DNA of 64,000 bases from Nitrosopumilus sp. (GCA_965207445.1 CBDBLX010000002.1:1367849-1431848), one strand, 5' to 3'; positions 33,067-44,127 are shown, counted from the stretch's first letter. Notes: generated from the sequence alone by a model not told the origin. Program-made: numbers and translations.

Positions 33067-33222
33067 TTGTGCATAGCATACGCTAGGGGGGTTGTTTTCC
33101 AGAGGATAAAGCGGACATGTATCTATGCGGGCATCGGTTCCCAGTATCATTCTTCATCCATTCATCAAGATCTCTATGCAATTAATTTCTCGGGCATCGG
33201 TTCCCATATATACTACGCACAA
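33067..33222 (-). ncRNA. Candidate IS110 bridge/seek RNA
   Basis: Non-coding region just 3' of the IS110 transposase; 14 bp closing stem with two G-U pairs on the minus strand; two identical 16 nt internal repeats. Confidence 0.55.
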
Positions 33223-33240
33223 TTCCTTGACCATAATTTT

Positions 33241-34467
33241 TCACTCTTTTTTTCTTGGTAGTCTTTGTTTTGCCATTTTGGTCGTGCTCTTTTTTCCCTC
33301 TTCTACACACGCCCAAAAACCAATATCTTTTTTCAACATCCAAAATACAATCCTGACCATCTTGGCAGCCGCTGCAACTTTTGCCTTTGAGCCTCCACGT
33401 TTTTGTACCAGTCGTTCGTAAAATGTACTGATTGGAGTCACTTTATTGCTTCTTTTTGCCCACGTGACGTGCGTGAGTGCTGCCTCTGATAACAAATGTC
33501 GTACAGTTGAATTGCCTTCTTTTGTAATACGTCCATGCTTTATGGTTTCTGCAGAGTTTCTCACAGATGGTACGATTCCAAAGTATGCTGCGAGTTTGTC
33601 TGGATTGGGAAATCTGGATATATCATCAATTGCAGATGCTAGTGCAAGAGCCGTGACGTTTCCAATACCGGGGCATGTTTTGAGCAAATCTGCCATATGA
33701 TACCTGTCTACCTCTTTTTTCATACGGGTGTTACAGTCTGCAATATCCTCATCAAGGTTGAAAATTGTTCTCAAATACATCTCAATTCGCCAGTCATCAA
33801 GGCCGTGTAGTCTGCTTACAAATGCATTTGAAAAGGGCGCTGCCTTGATCTTGATTCCCTCTTGTAGCAGTATGCCATGTATGAGATTTTTGTACCGTGT
33901 CCTACTCTGAACTATTGCACTCCTGCATCTGACAAGGTGTTTTACTTTGATTATATCATCTCCTGGTACGTGACTTGCTACAATGTAACCTCCACGCAAA
34001 AGGTCTGCTAGTATTAATGCATCTACCTTGTCAGTCTTCTTTTTTGATGTTGCAATCACCTTTGTTGATCTGGGATTGGATAAGATTACATCCAGATTTA
34101 ATTTCTCCTTGAGAAATTTGTACATCCCATACCATACAGAGGATGATTCAATCACATACTTTGCACCGTCTGGAAATTTGGCAAACTTTTTTTCCACAAC
34201 CTTGTAATCACATTCTATCTTTTCATTTTCTAAAACTGTTCCATCAGATTGCATGATAGCAACCTGCATGAATTTTTTGTGAAGATCAATTCCGACAAAA
34301 TACTCTTCAGGTGTCTTTGTCGATTTCTTTTTCTTCTTTTTCGTCACAGGGCTTGTAACTGTCTTCATATGTACACTTTTTTTACCCCTAATCTGTTTGT
34401 TTGCATTTTTGGCTTTGTTATGGTTGGCATCATCTAACCTACTAGATCTGTGTTTCTTTTTTTCCAC
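33241..34467 (-). mobile_element. IS110-family transposase (DEDD RuvC plus Transposase_20 domain), apparently intact
   Basis: FVGIDLHK, VIESS, KTDKVDA, LKTCPGIG, RFPNPDKLAAYFGIVPSVRNSA, GRITKEGN, KAKVAAAAK. Confidence 0.95.
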
Positions 34468-34488
34468 ATATGATTAATTCCCAGTCAT

Positions 34489-36051
34489 GTGATTGCAAAG
34501 TATGTTTTTAAACCCATACTACAAGTCACGTTCATGATACAGTCCATAAACACCGTCTTTGAAAGATGTACGGCCACTAGTGCAATATATCTGCCTTCAG
34601 CAGGTACCCTCGCTTACTTGGATGGACATCCATTTTTGGCATGGTGTATGTGTCATGCTGCTGAAGAAGAAAAACAAGAGGCAAGGCCTGACAGTGTACG
34701 AGAGATACTCGCAGAGGCCGGCATAAAGCACGAAGCTGCTGTGGTACGGAATGATTACGGTGAGGCCGCCGTGGTGCCAATCACTTATGATACACCTGAA
34801 AAAGGATTCAAGTTGTTATTAGAAGCAGCTTTTGATGGTATTGACGTAATATCACAGGTGCCGCTTATGTATAGCCCGTGTGGGTTTTATGGCATACCGG
34901 ACATACTTGAAAGACACGATAATGAACCTAGCGCATTTGGGGACTGGCATTATGTGGTAAAGGAGATAAAGTCTGCAAAAAAATTCAAGGATACTCATTA
35001 TCTACAGGCCGCCTATTATACGCGGGCACTCGGACTCATACAAGAATACATGCCACCGAACTTCCTCTTGACAGATGGCACAGGTGAGACACACAAGATA
35101 CCATTTACAAAATACGAGAAATTACTTGATGAAGTGATATCAAGATATATGGTCATTAGAGATGGCTCCGTAAAGCCGGCCGCTACATATGGACAGTGCA
35201 ATAATACCGAGTGGGAGGATTACTGCAACAGGCTTGCAGTCGAAGCCGGCGACATCTCATTGTTGTCAGGTGTTGGTGATGGCGCGTTGCGGGGCTTGAT
35301 GATAAACGCGGGTGTTACAACGATAACTGATGTCTCAACAAAAAGTACATCAGAGTTATGTGATATACGTGGAATAGGATCTAAAAAGGCCGCCTCATTA
35401 AAGGCGCATGCCCAAGCCATCATATCAAATAAAGTAGTTTATAAGGATAAACCCTTACAGTTCCCTCAGGCCGATAATGTGGCATATCTTGACTTTGAAG
35501 GTTTTTTCCCGGCAATGATGCCGCTTGAAATGAAAGACGGTACTAAAATAATAGAACCCATTTGGATGATCGGGATGGTCATAGAGGACGAATTCAAATA
35601 CTATTTTGCAGGCGACCCATACGGCAATACCGTGGAAAAACCCGTCCAAAATATGATGGATATATTTCTAAATGATCTCCCCGAAAACAGCATAATTTAC
35701 CACTGGGGTAATTATGACCGCGCGTCTATGAAGCGCCTCTTGCAGGAGTATAGGTCTGACAGACTTGATGTCCTTGATTCTATACATGACATGCGTAAGA
35801 TCATAACTGCATCGTATGCACTACCTACTTACAGCAATGGTATCAAAGAGGTATCAAAATGGTGTGGTTTTGACTTTGCTTTCAAGCATCCTGACGCTGA
35901 CGCAGGCAATGTAAACACAGTATGGATGGGACTGATGGATGGCTCCATTAAGGATGTTGATACGGCGCTCGGTCCCATACTAGAGTATAATGAGGCCGAC
36001 TGCAGGATGCTCGAATGTGTGCATGAGAAATTTAAAAATATGAAAGAGTGA
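34489..36051 (+). CDS. TM0106-family RecB-like nuclease with HhH and YprB RNase H-like domains
   Basis: GIPDILER..YVVKEIKS..LQAAYY; LSGVG and IRGIG HhH; YLDFEG, IYHWGNYD, SNGIKEV, LEYNEADC. The start is probably near 34534. Confidence 0.88.
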   Translation: MIAKYVFKPILQVTFMIQSINTVFERCTATSAIYLPSAGTLAYLDGHPFLAWCMCHAAEEEKQEARPDSVREILAEAGIKHEAAVVRNDYGEAAVVPITYDTPEKGFKLLLEAAFDGIDVISQVPLMYSPCGFYGIPDILERHDNEPSAFGDWHYVVKEIKSAKKFKDTHYLQAAYYTRALGLIQEYMPPNFLLTDGTGETHKIPFTKYEKLLDEVISRYMVIRDGSVKPAATYGQCNNTEWEDYCNRLAVEAGDISLLSGVGDGALRGLMINAGVTTITDVSTKSTSELCDIRGIGSKKAASLKAHAQAIISNKVVYKDKPLQFPQADNVAYLDFEGFFPAMMPLEMKDGTKIIEPIWMIGMVIEDEFKYYFAGDPYGNTVEKPVQNMMDIFLNDLPENSIIYHWGNYDRASMKRLLQEYRSDRLDVLDSIHDMRKIITASYALPTYSNGIKEVSKWCGFDFAFKHPDADAGNVNTVWMGLMDGSIKDVDTALGPILEYNEADCRMLECVHEKFKNMKE

Positions 36052-36112
36052 AACATATAGTCACATTCATGATACATACACTTACACGGACTGTGCCCAT
36101 ATTCACCTGCAA

Positions 36113-36325
36113 CTATACCATACTCTTGAGTCTGTATCTTGCGCCTAGTTGCCACCTGCAACTTTTCAGTCTTTCCACACGGGACTGCCGGTCCCGATTC
36201 TGCGCTTGTCTACCGTCATCAGGCACGACTCCGGTCACAGACTTGCCGCTTGCTTTTGATAACTCTTTGAGATCCTTAATCTCATGATCAAAGACCTTAA
36301 TCGTATATGACTTTCTTGCGGTCAT
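36113..36325 (-). CDS. RHH/CopG-like small protein, possibly frameshifted
   Basis: MTARKSYTIKVFDHEIKDLKELSKASGKSVTG. Confidence 0.4.
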   Translation of the reverse strand: MTARKSYTIKVFDHEIKDLKELSKASGKSVTGVVPDDGRQAQNRDRQSRVERLKSCRWQLGARYRLKSMV

Positions 36326-36477
36326 GTTTGGTGCTGTGGGCGGATACTTATCAACTTGGATATTTGTAAATCAAGCATGTAATTACATGGACAACGTATG
36401 GCGTGTATATAACAGATGAAAAGATCATTTGAAATATACAATACAGATACAAATCAAACACGACGATAACAATATGA

Positions 36478-37146
36478 TTATAAAATAATTACCCAAAAAC
36501 GCACCAACAATACAAGCAACAAAGTAGCAAGCAACACAGGTACAACTGGCGCTGCTACCATCACCATCGTTCCCACTTGTCCGGGTTCATACTCCCAATT
36601 ATTATTATTATGTTGATGATCAAAGGGAGTTTTAAACAAGTAATAGTTACCATTTTGGTCCTCAATTGTAATGACATGCCTCTCCCATATGCGTCTATTA
36701 TGTGTCAAGAAAAATAACACAAACATGTACAAAAAATTACAAATGCGATTACCACTAAAACTACGAGTCTCAAAGTTATGGCACATCCCTGATAATTTCC
36801 AATGTATATTCAACACAACATTATAAGATACAACTAGTATACCAGTTAATAATATAGAGCCCAATATGACAATGCATGCCAAATATTGTACATCAAATGC
36901 AGATGGCAGTACTAGTGAAATCATCAGCATTATAATGGCATCTCCTGATGCCATTGCCTTTATACGATATAGGACAAACACAAGTGTAATTCCAATAAAC
37001 ATTGTAAGAACTTCTTCAAGTATGATACCATATGTGACATATTCCCATACTATGATACTCTGAGCAATGATTGCCACAATGATATAGTGACGGTCTCTGC
37101 CACATATGGTGCGATATGCAATATCTGTGCAAGAGTTTACACTCAA
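36478..37146 (-). CDS. A24-family prepilin peptidase (FlaK/PibD-like)
   Basis: TDIAYRTI (first Asp), MASGDA (GxD), multiple TMs, C-terminal VMVAAPVVPVL. Confidence 0.75.
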   Translation of the reverse strand: MSVNSCTDIAYRTICGRDRHYIIVAIIAQSIIVWEYVTYGIILEEVLTMFIGITLVFVLYRIKAMASGDAIIMLMISLVLPSAFDVQYLACIVILGSILLTGILVVSYNVVLNIHWKLSGMCHNFETRSFSGNRICNFLYMFVLFFLTHNRRIWERHVITIEDQNGNYYLFKTPFDHQHNNNNWEYEPGQVGTMVMVAAPVVPVLLATLLLVLLVRFWVIIL

Positions 37147-37212
37147 TATGATTAAAATAATTGATAGGCGTAAATATTCTGATAATGATACAACGTCTAG
37201 TGTTATGGTTTG

Positions 37213-37938
37213 TCACCTTGCAGTATCAATAATTTTTTCACGTATCTCTGGCAATGACAACTGATGTTCTTGCTCTATTGTGAGTGTGGGTTGATACGAC
37301 TGTAGCAATATATCGCGTATCATATTACAGCGCTGCTCTACCCACACACTTTGCATGATCAATGAATTGTGCATGTGCTGTAATCTATTCAAGTCACAGT
37401 ATATGACATATTTGGTCGTACCCAACAACAAACCCTTTTTGCACAATATGTGGAGTATCTTTCCTACGTACGATGTATTCATCATAGGCCAATCCTCAAA
37501 AAAATTGTATATTGTCTCTTTTGGTAGTTTTGTGTTGTTGGTGTTATGATGATGATGATGGCTTACTTTGGATAGATTGTATATACTCCATACATCATGA
37601 TATACTTTTGCCAATATACATAATCCTGAAAAAGATATGCCAATCTCATTTGATAAAATAAACCCCAGACCGGCTACTGTTGGGTATGGTAAATTATAAT
37701 CCATGTTGTACTTGTACAGACCCCTACTAACAACTGCAAACAGATGATTATCATCATCACATTGATCAAGTGTATTGTTAGAGTCACGTCTCACAATCCC
37801 ATCACTGATCATATCACGTACAAGACATTGTGTAGTCTTTCCACCACATACAGCATTTATCAATTGAGAGGTAATTTTTCTGCGATAATATATCAGTCTC
37901 TTTATATTTTTGACTCTATTGTCATACTCTATGTTCAT
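37213..37938 (-). CDS. Hypothetical protein, probably winged-helix DNA-binding
   Basis: wHTH-like segments (LVRDMISDGIVRR, ILHILCKKGLLL); stop/start overlap with the upstream gene. Confidence 0.55.
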   Translation of the reverse strand: MNIEYDNRVKNIKRLIYYRRKITSQLINAVCGGKTTQCLVRDMISDGIVRRDSNNTLDQCDDDNHLFAVVSRGLYKYNMDYNLPYPTVAGLGFILSNEIGISFSGLCILAKVYHDVWSIYNLSKVSHHHHHNTNNTKLPKETIYNFFEDWPMMNTSYVGKILHILCKKGLLLGTTKYVIYCDLNRLQHMHNSLIMQSVWVEQRCNMIRDILLQSYQPTLTIEQEHQLSLPEIREKIIDTAR

Positions 37939-39203
37939 TTGAAAAATATCACCCCACGTGCATTTTGATGTTTTTTTGTAAACTGTTGTAAATCAGCAGG
38001 ATTAGCAAATGTTGTCATTTTTATATCACTTGCAGAGATATGAGTATCAAATACACTTACACCCGTAGTGTGAGCTGCTGCAGATAGTCCTAGCCACTCT
38101 TCTGCTGCTTGTGGCATCATGTATGGTGATGATGCACCAATATCATCTAATTTGATGATATGTTGGTTGTAGTCATCTGTGAGTTTTGATACACGTTTTG
38201 CTTTGGGGTCGATGATATATGCCGGATGTGTCTTTGTTTTTGGAATTATGATAACGTTGCCTGGAATATTTTTGAGTATCGACTTTGATTGTTCTATGGT
38301 CTTTTTTGTAATCTTTTCACCATCAGGGCATATTATGTTCGCCTCGTATTTTTTATCTGTTGTGTTTTGATCTAAATTATTTATATGGTCATCATTATAA
38401 TCAATGGTGTTTTTGATATTTTTGTTTGTGTTGCATGTATCTTTCTCTTTTTTATAATCTGCCTCATCATATGCAACATCATTTATTATAATTTTGATTT
38501 CACCAGGTGTTGGCCATGTAAATCTAGCATCTGTTATGGTTCTATTTTTTGTCATTTGTGAAATCTTTTTTGCAATTGTGCTTTGATCTTTTGATTTTGA
38601 TATTATGTGTGGTATGTAATATGGCAATACAAACTGCGATAATCTATCTGCTAAATGCTCGCATAACTCTGTTAATATCTCTATAACATCATCAGATATT
38701 GGCAATGTGAGGAATTTTGCATTGATAGTATTGTCAATTTGTAATAGTTTGGTGTAATTTTCATCTGGTGTTACATGTGACTGTTTTAGATATTTGACAA
38801 CTTTATCCAATTTTAGTGGGTTAAATCCACTAGGTCTTTGATTGTACTGGACGTGTTTTATTATATAGTCATGTATTGTATTGTATGATTCAATTTGAGA
38901 TTTTAGACAGAAGGGTTTTTTGTTATGTGTTGTTGTTGCTGCTGCTGCTGCTGCTGCTTTTAGTGCACCCAAGTATATGTTGGTTCCTTCTAATAAATAG
39001 TAGTGTTGATTTTCTTCAGATTGTAATATCTGGGCAACTTTGATGAGTGGTAGTTTGTCTTTATTACCTTCTTTTATTATATTTTCATATAAATTAATCT
39101 GTTTTTTTATTGGGATTGTGACATCTAGTGAATGCCGTACAATATGATTGATGGGGATACAATCGATGCGCGGTGGTGGCAGTAAGATAGTTTTTTTCAT
39201 CAT
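37935..39203 (-). CDS. Divergent ParB/Srx-like N-terminal domain protein
   Basis: IPINHI..LPLIKVAQ..YYLLEGTNIYLGALK resembles ParB (normally DGxxR). Confidence 0.5.
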   Translation of the reverse strand: MMKKTILLPPPRIDCIPINHIVRHSLDVTIPIKKQINLYENIIKEGNKDKLPLIKVAQILQSEENQHYYLLEGTNIYLGALKAAAAAAATTTHNKKPFCLKSQIESYNTIHDYIIKHVQYNQRPSGFNPLKLDKVVKYLKQSHVTPDENYTKLLQIDNTINAKFLTLPISDDVIEILTELCEHLADRLSQFVLPYYIPHIISKSKDQSTIAKKISQMTKNRTITDARFTWPTPGEIKIIINDVAYDEADYKKEKDTCNTNKNIKNTIDYNDDHINNLDQNTTDKKYEANIICPDGEKITKKTIEQSKSILKNIPGNVIIIPKTKTHPAYIIDPKAKRVSKLTDDYNQHIIKLDDIGASSPYMMPQAAEEWLGLSAAAHTTGVSVFDTHISASDIKMTTFANPADLQQFTKKHQNARGVIFFK

Positions 39204-40000
39204 GCTAATTTGCCCCTTTGGTCATAATTGATAATATTTTTACCACATGATGTGATTCCACACTGCTCTTTTGCCAATTTTATTGCAAGTTTTACTGCAT
39301 GTGCTGATGAGTAGTTTTGCAATGTAGGTATGATTGATTTTGCATTGTTTGCAACCTCATTTACAATATGCTCAGGGTAATTGTTATGCAGTGTCGCAAT
39401 CTCACTATTTAAGATGAAACTGGCATTATTATTATGATGATGATTGGTAAGACTAGGAACCATGTCCAAAAACCCAATCTTTTTTATGATCATGTTACCA
39501 TTTTTATCTAAATAAGATGATGCTTCCATTGACACTTTGAGATAATTATAAACTCGCTTTACATTTAGATTCATACGTATTGCATCATGTAATTTTTGTT
39601 CGTTGATTGGGTGTCCATGTGCTCTACATACCACGTAAAATACTAGTACCAGTATTTTGGCTTTGGTCATTTTTAGATTGGCACGTAGTTTTTGATACCA
39701 CTTCCAGATGTCTCGTGATGTAATGCTGGTAATGTATAGTTTTTCTGTAATGTTGCTAATAACTGCTAAATCAGGATTCTGCTCACAAATAAAGCGATTC
39801 CCATATAATTTGGGATCATTTTTGCTCCCTAGTGTTTGCATCAAGTACAGGTTAATCTGATTTTCACCATGAACAATCATATTTTGGGTATGTTCTTTGA
39901 CTATACCACACATACGGCATACAATCTCACCGTCATTTGTTATGATTTCATGTTTAATGTCATGTTTACATTCCATTTGACTCACCCTCTGCTTTTGCAA
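39200..40000 (-). CDS. Transcription factor B (TFIIB)-like protein
   Basis: Zinc ribbon CKH..DGEIVCRMCGIV followed by cyclin-like helices (FYVVCRAHGHPI). Confidence 0.75.
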   Translation of the reverse strand: MQKQRVSQMECKHDIKHEIITNDGEIVCRMCGIVKEHTQNMIVHGENQINLYLMQTLGSKNDPKLYGNRFICEQNPDLAVISNITEKLYITSITSRDIWKWYQKLRANLKMTKAKILVLVFYVVCRAHGHPINEQKLHDAIRMNLNVKRVYNYLKVSMEASSYLDKNGNMIIKKIGFLDMVPSLTNHHHNNNASFILNSEIATLHNNYPEHIVNEVANNAKSIIPTLQNYSSAHAVKLAIKLAKEQCGITSCGKNIINYDQRGKLA

Positions 40001-40149
40001 AAATGCAATTCATACAATACTCTGAATTATGCTCTATATAACATTTATGATAAATTTAGTATAAATAATTTTATTATTGTTTGATAAATTTGTTAAGAAT
40101 ATATAGTACATGAATGATAATATTACTATTATTATAGTAATGGTGATGT

Positions 40150-40788
40150 ATGGTGAAATCTCAACGAAAACTACAACATAGAGTAAAGCGGGGTTATGAT
40201 TACTTTGTGGTATCAATACCTAGTGAGATGGTCAAGTGTATGAGTTATGATGATGGTAAATGTAAAAAGTATGATGTAGAGTTGGAATTAAAATCGGATA
40301 ATTCAGTTGTAATGGGTATTGTAAAACCATCACCATCATCACCATCAGCACTACAGCCACCATCACCATCATCACCATCAAATGTTAAAACATCTGATAA
40401 GTCAGGGTGCAATAAAATGATGGTAGATACTAGTGCAGATACACCTATCACTAGTACACAAAGATTAGAATCTAACACATGTGCCAGTGCAACCACTGCT
40501 GATGTTATATCTGATGCACCCATTTTGCATATTAATACACCTACTACTGTAATATCAAATGAGCATGTCGCATCTGTAAATTTTGTTGAAAAACAAAATG
40601 ATATGAAATCACATGATTGTGAGTCAAAGAATATGGTAGATGGTGTAAAGACAGATGGTGTAAAGACAGATGGTGTAAAATCTGATAAGATTAAAAATAA
40701 TCTAGAAACTGATAAAACTATATTAAATAATATAATAAGTGATAAATACACTGTAACCATTTATGGGGACAATGATGATGTTGATTGA
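40150..40788 (+). CDS. AbrB-like N-terminal domain protein with a low-complexity tail
   Basis: RKLQHRVKRGYDYFVVSIPSEMV; divergent from the TFB-like operon. Confidence 0.55.
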   Translation: MVKSQRKLQHRVKRGYDYFVVSIPSEMVKCMSYDDGKCKKYDVELELKSDNSVVMGIVKPSPSSPSALQPPSPSSPSNVKTSDKSGCNKMMVDTSADTPITSTQRLESNTCASATTADVISDAPILHINTPTTVISNEHVASVNFVEKQNDMKSHDCESKNMVDGVKTDGVKTDGVKSDKIKNNLETDKTILNNIISDKYTVTIYGDNDDVD

Positions 40789-40846
40789 TAGTCTTCTTCT
40801 CCCATCATATCTAAGGAGTGTACACATCTCACTATAATCATCATCA

Positions 40847-40925
40847 GTAACAGTTCAATTTATTTTAAAACTTAGGTACAGATTCATTGCCTATATCTGG
40901 CACAGACATGAGGTTGAACGGTTAC
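40847..40925 (-). mobile_element. MITE-like family A, copy 4 (inverted, degenerate, 79 bp)
   Basis: GTAACAGTTCAA...GGTTGAACGGTTAC with a consensus-like interior. Confidence 0.7.
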
Positions 40926-41310
40926 ATGTCTTGCATGTACGACTACTATTGATATTTTTTGTAGTACTACTGTACGGTCTATGGATAATGATAAGATGTG
41001 AGGATCTTCATCGAGGTGAGCTGACAAGTGGAAAATTATTCACAATGGATTATTCATGGATTCAATTGTCGGATTAATCAGAAGACTGCTTCGGCGGGAA
41101 TTAGAGCACGGTGGTTCCTTGCCATTGTAAATCTGCCGCACTGTATAATCAAAAATAAGATCATTAAAATTGAACACATTACAAACTACTGACATGTAGA
41201 AAAGGAAGATCAACGGCAAGGGACTCTGGGTGGCAGGACATTAAATGGTGTGCCTTAGACACGGTACTGTAAAAGAACGGCAGGGTTTTGGATGCAAAAG
41301 AGCATAAGAG

Positions 41311-44127
41311 ATGAATTTAAAAATCAATAATTTGACAATATATGATAGTATGAAAAGACATGATATGTTTGTTCCCGAAGCACTAGCAAAGCTTTCTGAG
41401 ACTGTCAAGTATGATGATGAGCAAATAACTGCTGCAAAGGAATGGATCAGTAAGATAAAACAAAGAGCACTAGTCAAAGAAGAAGATCATTATGATGAAT
41501 TTCGAGAAAATGTTCTTGTTAGAATTTTAAGGTATGATCGCAAAAAAATAATTACATCTGCATCTAAATCCGGTAGAGAACCTGACTTTACTTTTGGAAG
41601 TATGGAACTCTGTGTAGAGGTCAAAGGACAAGATACTGACTTACTTAAACCGCAGGGCAGAAAGTATGCTGAATATAAAACCCCCATGTTACAGGCCACA
41701 TTATACAAGGGTCAAGGTTACAAGAATGCATTTTGTACAAATTACAAGGACTATTTATTGATAGGTGAGAATAGTCGTCGGCATATGTTTAATTTTATGG
41801 ATATTGAATGTGATGGCGGTAAAATCAATACTCAAAAATTGCAAGAATTTTTGTATCTATTTTCACAGGAACATCTTATTGAGAAACAGAGCTCAAATAG
41901 GCTCGTTACAGAAACTATCATGTTCAATAGAGATATTACCAAAAAATTTTACGACTTGTTTGATCAAACGCGTAAACTATTAATCAAAGACATATCAAAA
42001 AATGGAGCGATCTCACAATCCGAGGCCATGTTGCATGCACAGACAATACTAAATCGACTAGTATTCATATTGTTTGTTGAGGGTAGAGAGATGGTGGGAG
42101 ATAAATGCCTATTTAGAAATCAAACACTAAATGTGTTGAAAAACCATCCCACATCAAAATCTAGGGGTGTCTGGGACATGATAAAAAACAGACTGTTTGT
42201 GTATTTCAATGAAGGTAATGGTGATCTTGATATATCTGCATTTAATGGAGGATTGTTTGATTCTGAAATACCTGAAAATGTATGGTTTGCAGATATTGAT
42301 CAAAGCATTACACGAACGACTATTCAAAAAGATGATGCAGAGTTAGAAGAAATTCTCAAAAAATATGCTGTGAATCCAATAATAATAAACATGATTGAGA
42401 TGGCAAGGTATGACTTTGCAGATAAACTTGGACCCAATTTACTAGGCAACATATTTGAAAAATCAATGTCTGCTCTTGAAAATGCAGGTATTGAAGGTGA
42501 TCTGTTGCGCAAAAATACAGGTGCATATTATACACTTGAAAATGTCACATCATACATATGTAGAAATACCATAATACCATACTTGAGTAAAAGTGGGGAT
42601 GCAAAAACCGTTGAAACTCTCATAAAAGAATACACAGATGAATATGACATTGAAACCCTTGAAAAAAAACTAGAATATTTACGCATACTTGATCCGGCGT
42701 GTGGCTCTGGTGCGTTTTTGACAAAGACAGTTGATATATTATTAGAAATACATCATCAGATACACGAATATAAAAAAATTCGTGATTTATTTCAGAACAA
42801 AAATGGTGCGTCACTAGATGCGTGGTTGCAAGAAGAGATGAGTCAAAAGATCATAGAGCGAAATCTTTTTGGTTTTGATCTTAATGCCAAGGCAGTTGAG
42901 ATAGCCAAACTTTCACTCTTTTTGAAGATTGCCTCAAAAGGAAATAGATTGCCTGATTTGTCATCATATATTGTAGATGGAAATACACTAAATGTCACGA
43001 TTTTAGACTATGATAATGAGAAATTTCTTGAAATAAAGACGCATGGTGGCTTTGATATTATAGTTGGTAATCCTCCGTATGTAGAAGCATCAAAAATAAA
43101 GTATGTGCCAACCATATCTAAAACAAAAACATGTGGAAATACCTTTGCATACTTTTTTGAAAAGGGTTTTAGTATGTTAAAACCAGGTGGCAGACTTGGC
43201 TATATTGTACCGGTTTCAAGTGTATCGACTCCGCGCATGGTACCACTCCAAAAATTCCTTGTAGAGCAAAGTACAGAATTAAAAATAAGCAATTATGATG
43301 ACCGACCAGGAAAGTTATTTGAAGGATTGGAGCATTGCAGATCGTCTATAATATTATGTAAAAAAAAGAAGACACATACAAATGATAACGATTGCAAAAT
43401 ATACACAACAGGCTATAAAAGATGGCATACAAAAGACGTTGGAGGTCTTTTCAAAAATCTACACTACATTAACCATAATGAAAAAACAGATACTTGTATA
43501 CCAAAATTAGGTGATGAGATCGAGTTATCAATATTTAGAAAAATATTCAAACATGATAATAATAATAATAATAATAAAAGTACACATGATCTCAAAAGTA
43601 AACAAGTGATATATCATAACGCTCCACAATATTGGATACGTGGAATGAATTTTACGCCTCTTTTTTCTAGAAACGGAAAACGTGAGACTTCTAGTCATGA
43701 CAAGTTGCTTTTAGTTAAAGATGATGATGAGTCCACCATAATGACCGGACTACTCAACAGTTCATTATTTTATTGGTTTTTCATAAAGACGTCAAATTGT
43801 AGAGATTTAGGGCAAAAAATAATAGATGATTTTCCACTTTATGGAAAATGGAGTAAATCTGAATTGAAAGTAATACGGACACTTGTCAGTGACCTTATGA
43901 AAGATTATAAGAAAAATTCACTCAAAATAACGACTGTTAACAAACGTACAGGTATACAAGAAAAGGAAACATTTTTTGCAAAAAAGAGCAAGCACATAAT
44001 AGATAAAATAGATGATGTATTTGCAGCCCATTACAAACTGAGCGATGAAGAGAACTATTACATAAAAAACTTTGATCTTGATTTTAGAATGCAAGAACAA
44101 ACTGATATAAATTATATGGTTAAATAA
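41311..44127 (+). CDS. Type IIG restriction endonuclease-N6 adenine methyltransferase fusion
   Basis: PDF..VEVKG nuclease motif; GAYYT, ILDPACGSGAFL, FDIIVGNPPY; C-terminal LLNSSLFYWF. Confidence 0.9.
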   Translation: MNLKINNLTIYDSMKRHDMFVPEALAKLSETVKYDDEQITAAKEWISKIKQRALVKEEDHYDEFRENVLVRILRYDRKKIITSASKSGREPDFTFGSMELCVEVKGQDTDLLKPQGRKYAEYKTPMLQATLYKGQGYKNAFCTNYKDYLLIGENSRRHMFNFMDIECDGGKINTQKLQEFLYLFSQEHLIEKQSSNRLVTETIMFNRDITKKFYDLFDQTRKLLIKDISKNGAISQSEAMLHAQTILNRLVFILFVEGREMVGDKCLFRNQTLNVLKNHPTSKSRGVWDMIKNRLFVYFNEGNGDLDISAFNGGLFDSEIPENVWFADIDQSITRTTIQKDDAELEEILKKYAVNPIIINMIEMARYDFADKLGPNLLGNIFEKSMSALENAGIEGDLLRKNTGAYYTLENVTSYICRNTIIPYLSKSGDAKTVETLIKEYTDEYDIETLEKKLEYLRILDPACGSGAFLTKTVDILLEIHHQIHEYKKIRDLFQNKNGASLDAWLQEEMSQKIIERNLFGFDLNAKAVEIAKLSLFLKIASKGNRLPDLSSYIVDGNTLNVTILDYDNEKFLEIKTHGGFDIIVGNPPYVEASKIKYVPTISKTKTCGNTFAYFFEKGFSMLKPGGRLGYIVPVSSVSTPRMVPLQKFLVEQSTELKISNYDDRPGKLFEGLEHCRSSIILCKKKKTHTNDNDCKIYTTGYKRWHTKDVGGLFKNLHYINHNEKTDTCIPKLGDEIELSIFRKIFKHDNNNNNNKSTHDLKSKQVIYHNAPQYWIRGMNFTPLFSRNGKRETSSHDKLLLVKDDDESTIMTGLLNSSLFYWFFIKTSNCRDLGQKIIDDFPLYGKWSKSELKVIRTLVSDLMKDYKKNSLKITTVNKRTGIQEKETFFAKKSKHIIDKIDDVFAAHYKLSDEENYYIKNFDLDFRMQEQTDINYMVK

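Noticed and set aside
33128..33206. Mini-CRISPR formed by two 16 bp repeats, with the RecB-like nuclease as Cas4
   Set aside because: Only two short repeats, enclosed in a stem next to the IS110 gene; the nuclease is TM0106-type rather than Cas4.
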